64,000 bases of DNA. Source: Octopus sinensis (taxonomy: Eukaryota). The position numbers were made by a program, and so were the translations under genes. How positions within the stretch are numbered: the first letter of the stretch is position 1; the number at the start of each line of letters is the position of its first letter. Where the stretch lies: positions 1 through 64,000 of the forward strand of contig NW_021831840.1 in assembly GCF_006345805.1 (NCBI RefSeq), given 5' to 3'. The notes under the pieces are model-generated. The model saw only the letters and a list, made by a program, of their open reading frames with translations, did no database searches and was not told the origin of the DNA. Shown here piece by piece: positions 51,283 to 60,699 of this stretch.

Positions 51283-52149
51283 TGTGGAAGAATTTTTGAC
51301 ATAGCCTCTATAAGAAGCCATTATAAGAAACAAATCTAGCACGCTAAAAATTTTCCAATAAGTTTAGGTTTACCAACATTTAAAAAATAACTTTTTTAAA
51401 TTATTTAAGTACATGAACAAAAACCAATTTAAACCAATACAAGGCATAGTTAAACTTTATAAATGGCCTATAAAAATAATATTTGTGATAATCAAAGGAT
51501 TTAATTTTGACATCTACAAGGTCAAAAAATGTAACCGGTTGCCCATGCGTAACGCGTTGCCCATGTCACATAATACGAAAAGATTAGCCATTTTCAGTGG
51601 TTCTATTTTGGATGATCTACAAAGTACAAAAGTATCAAAAAACAGCCAAAATATTTTTTATTTTTAGAAAAATAGTTATTAAAGTTAAAACTAAAAAATA
51701 GATATAATAAAAAGTTCGTGTATAATGTTAAAAAAAATGTTAAATTGAGTTGAGTCCATTTAGATGAGTTTTAGTCGATGATTATTTTTTATGCTTGGAA
51801 TTTTTTTAAGACTCAATTAGAGACTTTTAGTGGTACACACGCTATCGATGGATGTTTTGGGTGCCGTACAATACATTTAACCAAGACTAGGTTTGAAGAA
51901 TTATCAACTCTTCAATATTGATGAAATATGATTTTGTGCAAATTATGTAAATATTTTTTGCGAACACGGGACGCGCACAGTAATTCAGGAGTATATCATT
52001 ACATCAGGCTTGAAATGAGCATATATTGCGGATGGTTGACTTGCAGTCGCCACAAAGATCGAAATTAATTTAGTTCGGCATAGAGATATCTACATAATAT
52101 TTATTTGAAAAGTCCATATAAAATTGATTCTTAATTATTGCGTCTGCTT

Positions 52150-52630
52150 TCAGTCGATTCTCCTCCTCTTTGAGCCCAAGCGAGTGTCTTCGACGGGTAC
52201 ACTTATCCATTTTATCATTTTACACTTTTGTGGTTGTTCTTGAGTCCGATTTAATTGCATGCTTCGCCGCTGTAGGAAGGATTTTATACTCCGGGCGCAT
52301 GCTTTCCAATGTTTTCTTGATGACGATTGACTGGATATAAGCTTGCGTAGATTCCTGGAGTTGTAAGGAGTTCTGGTAGTGTTTATAGAATCTGGATGTT
52401 ATTCCATCCCACGTAATAACCAACGGTATGACATTCACCTTTGCATTATGGATTACCTTTAATTCGTTCGCCAAAAGGTCATATTTATATAATTTCTCGA
52501 CTTCTACATGCTTCAAGGATTGCTGAAAAGTAATCCCCCAATTTCGATGAGCGTAATAATATTCCGAACTTTGTCGTAGACAAAAATGTCCGGTTTATTA
52601 TTACTGATTATACTATCCGTCTTTCGAATG
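52150..52630 (-). mobile_element. R4/Dong-like REL fragment
   Basis: NNKPDIF..LIEIG..EVEKLYKYDLLANEL..ITWDG..KTLESM. Confidence 0.82.
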
Positions 52631-52799
52631 CATTATAAACTTTCTTTAAGAAATTTATATTTATTGGATCAGCAAATTTTAATTAATTACGATTTTTATA
52701 TTTCTTAATTTGGTGTTTTTGTAAAAATATAACTGTCAAAAAAATAAAATTTAGTAAAATTTTCAAAACCAAAAATGAACATAAGAAATTAAGTAATTA

Positions 52800-53180
52800 A
52801 TTGGTCTCCGGAAATTTTTCGGTACTTGTGCATTTCATCCTGCACGAAAAATCGCGAACGATATCCGTTGAAAAAAGCAGCTCATGTCACCGTCGTGACC
52901 CCTCCTAGAGATGACTAAACCAATCTCCGAGAGTCGTTTTAGCGCTTTGGGTCCAATTATCTCACTGGTCTCGAAAGCCAGGGGGATGAAGCAGCAGGTA
53001 TCGGTCAAGAGAGGGTGTAACCCCCTCCTGTCAACGAGTTTACCATATCTACAAAAATGCGGCTGGCAAATCTCAATGTCAAGGCGTATACAAAATCCAA
53101 TGCGGACTTATTCGTTGTCCAGGAACATACCGGCTGACGAGATCGGTAACGCATTAAGCCAATCGGCCAAATGTGGCTGA
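52800..53180 (-). mobile_element. CRE-like REL fragment, internally deleted
   Basis: IRLDIEICQPHFCRYG..GLHPL / FIPLAFETSEIIGP. Confidence 0.7.
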
Positions 53181-54104
53181 CAAGCACAATTAATACTTTC
53201 CAACTGAAACTGATCAGCGTGTAAGGAGATATCTTCACGTATGTGGTAGCAATATATGTTATCCCAGTTAAATTGAACATTTTATTTCAAAGGAAATTAC
53301 TTTTCATTTTGTCCTTGAGTGAAAGCAGCTCATGGTTCATTAATCATTTACAAAAAATTTTATCTAAAAGTCTCTCTTTATTGTTGACACCGTATATAAC
53401 ATTTTCAAGTCAATTTGTTTATTACAAACTTCAAACTGCAATCACAAAAATCAAATTTTCAAGTACAAACTTCAGAATGCAGCAAATTGAAAATAGAATT
53501 AGTTCTGTTAATGATAGAATCCACATATCCGAAAAAACTTTTGAAAAATAGAATTGAAGTCAATGTTGAAGTTGATTTTGAGTTAGTTTCTAAATTAAAA
53601 AAAAGAATTTAATATGATAGTCATCAAGACTATTATATAGTGTCAGCAATAATGCTTGCGTTTTCGATATTATAGCTCAGATAACCCTATAAATTTTGAT
53701 GTGTAGATAATAATAAATCTTTTTAGAATTAAAAAAATTAATGTATAGATTGAAATTCTCAAGTTTAATAAAAGTATTAAGCCATCATAATATGTCACAG
53801 GACATAACGGACATAACACGTTGGAAGAGTCCGACAGCTGGGAATTTCAAATTTATCACTATTTCTAAAACATAGGTCAGAGTTCAGAAAGATTTTGGGA
53901 TCAATTGAGTTCAAATAAAACCTCTCTTGTTCGTTATTTTTTTCTCAGTTTTCTCTAAAATAGCGAGTAATAGAATTTGTAAATTAATGGGGATTAGAGG
54001 TCTTTCAAATAGCGTCTAACTGGATTTAAAAAACTTTGAATTGTATTTGCCAGACTGCTGAAATAAATAAATGGAAGGCCGTGTTAGATTATAATAAGTG
54101 TTAT

Positions 54105-55348
54105 TTAAGATTCTTGTTCACCCAATAGCAACATTAGGAGCTTCTTATTATTTCTGGAAGTATCTTGCCTCACAGAGCGAGCCAAAGGAATTCTGTAGCA
54201 ATTCAAATAGACGTCTGAAATATCTCCCAAATCAATCCACGCCATTCTGTTAACGCGCAAACCTCAGATCTGGAGATGATAATATAACACAGCAAATGGT
54301 CGTTAGTTCCCAGACCTTTCACAGATTTGTTTAAATAATGTGCAAAGAATGTAATCGGGTCGATAATATTGTCGACTAAAAAGTAATGTGACGTAAAAAC
54401 ATTACTCAGTGCTTCGTACAAGTTCTTGACGTCCCCAGACATTTCATTGCTGATAGCTTGGTTAATCGAGTGACCTGTAATCTATAAATGTCCACAACAT
54501 GAGAGGTGTAACCCTGGCATATTCTTTAAAGGTCTGTCTTAATTGTACAAAACTCCTCGAAGCAAAAATCTGATGGAAGACACGCTCGTTGGTGCCCCAG
54601 CGTCCAACCCCGGCAGAATAAAGCTCATTTGCGTCAACCTGGGCCATATTCATATCCACTGAAGTAGAACAATCTCGATTGCCCTTAATGCATCACCAGC
54701 AAACAAACAAACCTTGGCCAGTTCTAGGAGTAATCGAGTGTAGTGTCCGTGTGTGTCATTGCTTATGTCAGATTCGATCGATCTGTTAAATCCTGCCACT
54801 TTTGCGTGTGTCATACTTTTTTGATACAAATTCTTGAGTTCTTGCAATTCAGTGGTCGACCGACTCACCATGATTAAATTGAGCATCTCCTCGTTAGTCC
54901 CTGCCCCCTTCAATGACACAACTCTCTCACTTTTATGGCCCAGTTGAGACGCTCCACGTCAAACTCCACTGGGGATCTGTAGCAATTAACCACCAGGTGT
55001 TTGAAACTACGAGAAAGCTCTCCCTCGAAGTCCTTAAGCAAGTCCTTTGAGGTGTCAAAACTATAAATATTGTATTATATTATGCGGAAAGCCTGTATTT
55101 CGCGGAAAGCCTCTCGAATTAGGAGACGTTGAGAATTGTTTCTGTTGCCCGTGATTTCGATGATCACCGACTCGGTGGTGCCTATCCGTTAAACCCCTCG
55201 TAATACCTAATCCCTTCATGGCCGTCCGGAGACTGTTCACGTCTGATTCCGCAGAGAAAGACCTGCAAGGAAAAATGGAAGGTTTCGGTCTCTTATTTTG
55301 GTTGGAGGTCCCTTGCTGTGATAAATCATATTTACGCCAATCGCCCAT
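54105..55348 (-). CDS. Annexin with four repeats, eight mini-introns and two non-canonical splice sites (possibly a recent pseudogene)
   Basis: AMKGLGTTE, AIKGAGTNE, WGTNE, KGLGTND, SRSE.IDL, DTS..KKLL. Canonical introns of 25, 23, 24, 29, 31 and 30 nt; no in-frame stop after splicing. Confidence 0.85.
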
Positions 55349-55367
55349 TTAGTAGTACACCCTAAAT

Positions 55368-55600
55368 CAGTGGTTACCAACCTTAAGGTGCTCGCGGAAC
55401 CCTTTTGGGCTAATTAATTTTTTGCGGAACCCCTCCAATTCAATTATTATAATTTCACTTAAAACATAATAGTAATAACCAAAAACAATTTTAATGTGAA
55501 CATTGAGGTAATTTTTTATCATAGCATAGTTGTGTAACGTTAGGAGTTATTGTTGACAACTGTATCCTCATATCAGCGGAAGCATTAAGTTTATTTCTAT
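55368..55600 (-). mobile_element. hAT Buster-type terminus 20 nt upstream of the annexin ATG
   Basis: CAGTGGTTACCAACC TIR at 55368, GCGGAACCC repeats, preceded by CCCTAAAT (nnnTAnnn). Confidence 0.7.
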
Positions 55601-55659
55601 ATTTTGTTCTGGTGGATGTATATATTGAAAACCCAGACTCGCATAAGTAAGTCGTTGGA

Positions 55660-56110
55660 ATAGGTAATAGTTTACGTATAGCCTTTTCCGTATAGCACCT
55701 AGACCATACTTAGCCGATACATAGCCTTTTATGGTCCCTAGGTGTGTACCACGCGCTTTTTCAGCAGCAAAGATGGCAGCCTTCCTTTGGGACACACTCG
55801 AACCACTCCACAAGGTGTCTTGCATCTTAGTAAGAATTCGCTCACTTAAGTATACGATGTTACTCAGTTTACGTCCTAGCTGCCCGCGAGACAAGTATAA
55901 TCTCTCCTTATTGCTTGCCAACAAGTGGACATGATTTTCTCGGAGTACTCTTCGGACAATAAGGTCCATTTCATCGTACTCACTCGGCTCGAATTCGACC
56001 AGAGCAACGTAGTAGTTTAGCAATGAGATGGCGTACTCGTTCAAGGCATGAAATAAGTTCCGTGCATTGAGCCGAGTCTTACATAACATTGCCGCCCTAC
56101 TACGACACTA
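55660..56110 (-). mobile_element. R4/Dong-like RT C-terminal fragment
   Basis: NLFHALNEYAISLLNYY..KERLYLSR..GR. Confidence 0.85.
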
Positions 56111-56353
56111 GTGAGTTTCCGTGGGCTCTCGCAAGGCATTTGTTGATCAGTGCCTGCTCCTTAGCTCCCCTAACTAGCTAACAAACGACGGTGAAATACT
56201 ACGATTGCTTTTTTAATTGGTAAAAAATCTTGTTGAAATAACAAAAAGTATATTTATTCAGTAAATTAGAGTTATATCGTTTGAAAAATTTATTTTTTCC
56301 TAATAGTTTACTTTTTTGCATCGGTTTATAATTATGTTTATTTAGAGAATTAT

Positions 56354-56640
56354 TTGGCCGATGGAAATTATTTGGCCACATTTTGCGAATGGACCCCAGA
56401 GCTCCGGCCAATCGGACAATGGACGATTATATCTCCAAACATGGAGACAAATATCGTGGAAGACCTAGATCCACTCTTCCGGCAGTTCTTGAAAGGGATC
56501 TCAAACTTCATGGCAAAAGTTTCAAAAACTGGGACGACCTAGAATCTTTGCGGGATCTCGCCCGCAACAGAAGGGCATGGACAAGGATGGTCCAGAAGAT
56601 TGTTTCGCTTGTGACTATAACATTGTTTATGTTCCTACGG
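56354..56640 (+). mobile_element. RTE-like LINE 3' fragment
   Basis: WTP..RGRPRSTL..ERDLK..LARNRRAW. Confidence 0.65.
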
Positions 56641-56642
56641 AA

Positions 56643-57862
56643 TGTTGTTGTTGTTGTTGCATAACCCCGGTCTCACATTAGGGTATGAGACCGGCGGCTA
56701 GCAGAAACAACAGCGCCTTCGCGGGTTACTCCCAAAGGACCTCGGGGGAGTGGACAGCAAATTTCCTGCGGACAGGGAGGAGAAAAGGGCAGCGGAAAAG
56801 GTGATCATTTGAGTGATCTTCGGCACAGCAGAGGTTGCATACCGGGGAGATCACGACGTTCAGTGAATGAGCGTAGGAGTTTAGTGAGTGGTGGTGGCCC
56901 GAGCGGAAACGAGCAAGGTTGATCTGAGCGGAACGCTCCAGAAGCATTTCGGAGGGGTGAACTTCCGGAGGAAGTTTGTTGAGGACAGAGTTAGGCTTCA
57001 GCCTTAGAATGGACGACGTTGAAATGAAGTCGTGGATTTTTTTCATTGGCTGTGAGCATTGGTTTAGGCCATTGATTTTGGCAAGTACCCGGGAGTATAG
57101 TTTGGCAGGCGTGTTCTTCAATGCACGGCCGTTGTCATTTAGCGTGTTTAGGGCAGTGCAAGGGTGGTAGAGTTTTCGCCAAACGAATAGGAATTGTGCT
57201 CCTCTCATGTTTAGATGTTCCTCTATCGGAAGGAGGTTGGTTTCACAGTGCAGATGGTCGATGGGTGTTGATTTCAGGCACCCGGATATGATGCGCATGG
57301 CTTTGTTTTGAATTGATTGGAGAGCCACAGAGGAGCTCATAGAAAGACAGGGAGCCCAACTCGGACTCGCGTAGCTTAGGACGGGGCGAATGTATTGTTT
57401 ATACACACGTTTGAGAAATGGTTTCTGCGCACCAGTGATGCGACCACTTATTGCTTTCAGGATATTTGTACGCCTGTTAGCCTTGTCAGAGATCTTCGAG
57501 ACATGTTTATTGAAGGACATCGTTGGGTCGAAGGTTAGTCCGAGAACAGTGGGGTGTTTTGATAGTGGAAGAACAGAGCCAAAGAGAGATAGGTTGGGAT
57601 GTATGTTTGATTGTCTTCTGTCGGAAGATAATAGGGTGACCGAGGACTTGGAGGACGAGGCCTCGAGCCTGTTTTCTCTGAGCCAAATCTCAACCGAGTG
57701 GAGTTGTTGCTGAAGGTTGAAGGAGGCAGCTTTGTAGTCTTCGTGTTTTGAGGCAATAATAATGTCGTCAGCGTAAGATAGTGTCAAGTTGTTAGGGTCG
57801 TTTGCCGGGAAGTCGTGCAAGTAAAGATTGAACAGGGATGGAGACAGCACGGAACCCTGCCT
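56643..57862 (-). mobile_element. LINE, 5'-truncated (RT C-terminal half, CCHC, (CAA)n tail)
   Basis: QGSVLSPSLFN, SYADD, LGLTFD, LARFRSGH, CNLC..H..HLFRCP. (GTT)n at 56643-56659. Confidence 0.9.
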
Positions 57863-57960
57863 TGGGTTAATTTAACTTAACTAAAATTCCCCCTCCTAAT
57901 TTTTGTTCTATTTACCTTTCTATTTGCTGAGCTTGCAAATAGAAGAACTTGCAAATAGAA

Positions 57961-58268
57961 GCTCAGAAGCTCAGAAAGCTCAGAAGCTCAGAAAGCTCAG
58001 AAGCTCAGAAAGCTCAGAAGCTCAGAAAGCTCAGAAAGCTCAGAAAGCTCAGAAGCTCAGAAAGCTCAGAATGCTCAGAAAGCTCAGAATGCTCAGAAAG
58101 CTCAGAAGCTCAGAAAACTCAGAAGCTCAGAAAGCTCAGAAAGCTCAGAAGCTCAGAAAGCTCAGAATGCTCAGAAAGCTCAGAATGCTCAGAAAGCTCA
58201 GAAGCTCAGAAAACTCAGAAGCTCAGAAAACTCAGAAGCTCAGAAAACTCAGAAGCTCAGAAAACTCC
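57961..58268 (+). repeat. Tandem array of 8/9-bp units GCTCAGAA(A), about 35 copies
   Basis: Direct reading; variants GCTCAGAAT and ACTCAGAA. Confidence 0.95.
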
Positions 58269-58269
58269 G

Positions 58270-59530
58270 GGTGCTTGCGACTTGTGATGATTCCTTCCAG
58301 GTGGAAAGTGGCTGAGGTAATCCTCATTGGAAAACCTGGGAAGCCTCATGAAGTCCCCGGGGGATATAGGCTTATTTCCTTGCTTCCCGCAATATCTAAA
58401 ATCCTAGAAAGGATCATGCACCGAAGGCTCCTGGAGGAGCTGACGGTGGTTGACGCCCTCCCGGAGTTCCAATGGGGCTTCAGGGAGGGTCGTTCATGTG
58501 GAGACTGCTTGTGGAAGGTGTCTTCCGAAATGAAGAACGCCCTCCAGAAAAGGGAGTGTGGTATGTTAGTTAGTCTTGACATAGAAAAGGCCTTCGACTC
58601 GGTGTGGCACGACGGCCTGCGGAGTTCCCTCGCCACGTGTGGGGTTTCTCCGTGTCTAAGGCGCTGGCTGTCGGGGTTCCTCGAATCTCGCGGTCAGGTC
58701 GTGCGACACCGGGGGTCTTTTCTAAAGTCGCAACAGTCCTTCGCGGGGTCCCTCAGGGTTCTGTGCTGAGTCCCACACTGTTTAATATCTTTATGGCCTC
58801 TGCACCTATGCCAGTCAATGCTCGTACTGGAATGGTGATCTATGCAGACGACATTATCCTCTGGGATCAGTCGATGAAACCAGAGTGTGCGTGTCGTAGG
58901 CTACAGGTTGCTGTGGATGAACTTGTAAACTGGTGTGGGAGTAGGGGACTAAAGATGTGTGCGGACAAGTGCAGTGTCCTTAAAGTCTGTAAAAGGACGA
59001 GGGGTTACACTAATTTTATCCCTAGGTTATCGCTGGACGGGTCAGCGATCGCTGTAGTTGATCGGACGACTTACTTGGGCGTGGTCTTCAAGCAGTCAGG
59101 TAAGTTCGATGATCACATTGCACGTACTAAAATGCGTGCAATGCAGCGATTAGGCGCGTTGCGTGCTTTCCACTTGAGGAGAGGTGCCTGGTTCCGTGTG
59201 TTCAACGCCATGGTGTTACCCGTGTTAACCTATGGCGTGCACGCTTGGCACTTCTGCGAGGACAGGGAGAAGTACGTTGACGCGCTTAAGAAAGTAACAA
59301 GACGAGCCATCCAACTAGCCTATGGCTTAGGATGGCGTGATGAGCTCTCCGACGCCCAGGAATTGTCCCTCAAAGGCTTCCCTGAGGTCCTAGAGAAGAT
59401 AATGACTGGGTGGCAGGTAAGACGGTAAGTCTTAACCTGTGGTTGTGTAGAGAGGCGAGCGTGTGTGCTGGACCGAAAAGGCAGGAATGCCGAAGGTCTC
59501 CTTATGTTACCTCACTAACAGCCTCTCTAA
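58270..59530 (+). mobile_element. LINE RT fragment
   Basis: WKVAEVILIGKPGK, YRLISLL, LDIEKAFDSVWH, GVPQGSVLSPTLFN, IYADD, YLGV. Confidence 0.9.
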
Positions 59531-59610
59531 CTAATTATTTAAAATAAAAATTTTCCAATGATACTTTTTTATTATACGAGATTTTTTCCCTTCAGAACTT
59601 GCAAATAGAA

Positions 59611-59739
59611 GCTCAGAAAGCTCCGAAGCTCAGAAAGCTCAGAAGCTCAGAAAACTCAGAAGCTCAGAAAACTCAGAAGCTCAGAAAGCTCAGAAGCTCA
59701 GGAAGCTCAGAAGCTCAGAAAGCTCAGAAGCTCAGAAAG
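59611..59739 (+). repeat. Second GCTCAGAA(A) array
   Basis: Same unit and same AACTTGCAAATAGAA leader as the first array. Confidence 0.93.
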
Positions 59740-60676
59740 TCGAAGTCGAAATCTGCGGTAGAAATAGCTAATCTATTCCAAAATATTTTTTATTACATCG
59801 GACCACCAATCATCCTCCAAACAGACAATAGGAAAGAATTATGTAATTCGTTAATTGACGAAGTCTGTGAAAAATATTCGATCAAGGATGTGCGTGGTAG
59901 GGCACGAGCGCCAAGTAGAGAGGTTGCCTGATGGTTTTAATTTTTTAAGGTTCAACCAAAGCATAAAACGTTGGATATCTTCAGCAAGTGCCTCTCGTGG
60001 ATATTTTGGGCGATATTGTACCATAATCAAAGATATTGCTTATGATTACAATAACACAATACATTCCACAACCGGAAAGGTTCCGTTCTACTTGTTTATG
60101 GGTGCTCAAAATCCGAATCCAATAACGGAGTCGGAAATTGAACAATTATTATCGGGAGATGTCGACAGTGCAATCGTAGATGCACGTGAAGAAGCGTATT
60201 CAAAACTTCTTATCGCTGGAGATAAAATAATAGACAGGAGAAGATGGAAATATGATGAAGATTCCATAAAAGTCGGAGCTATAGTATTACTAAGGTATTA
60301 ATTTTTTAATACATTTCTAAGACAAGACAATGATGCCAATATTCGAAGGTTCCCATTATACGATGGATTATCAAACAACAAATATGTTGTGGTAGATCAA
60401 CAAAATGACATGTACTTGATCAAAGATGAGAATGGTGAAAAAACTAACGTACATATATTAAAAATTACAAAAATTGACTAACGATTTTGTTTAAAATTTT
60501 TCATCTAAATTTTTTTAAGAATTGGAAGCCCGCATAGGGTTAGGGTTAGTTGTTTAAGATTTGAGTTAGGGTTAGAAGCAGACGAATCTTTTATATGGAA
60601 TCTAGAATAAATTAACATGTATTTTGTATGGTAATATGTCACGAGCCGGACGCGGTACCGAGCCGGACGCGTTACA
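59740..60676 (+). mobile_element. Ginger-type element, 3' half
   Basis: FYYIGPPIILQTDN..GRARAP..FNQSIKRW..YNNTIHSTT..RRWKYDED, TAGGGTTAGGG at ~60535-60575, terminal module at 60637-60676. Confidence 0.82.
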
Positions 60677-60699
60677 CTTGTGTTTTTTTCTGTTCAAAT

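Larger units (their letters stand above)
46830..51570 (-). mobile_element. Fragmented Ginger-like element hosting R4, LINE-ORF1 and hAT insertions
   Basis: 5' TIR module at 51530-51570, N-terminus MASYKGYVK..NKFPEDFSRQAKYRL (48133 downward), core EKFQLDFVDL..WILTVIDVY (46860-46970). Confidence 0.65.

Noticed and set aside
51835-52070. AIDGCFG motif as a KDZ-type transposase remnant
   Set aside because: Too short and stop-ridden to support without a profile search.
54376-54405. Hairpin-forming annexin intron (GTAATGT..ACATTAC) as an introner-like element
   Set aside because: Only one intron shows it; the others lack comparable stems or shared sequence.
57903-59931. CRISPR array, or real KLRKLRSSE-repeat proteins
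   Set aside because: Units are 8-9 bp with no spacers and no cas genes in a eukaryotic context. The ORFs are by-products of a stop-free repeat.
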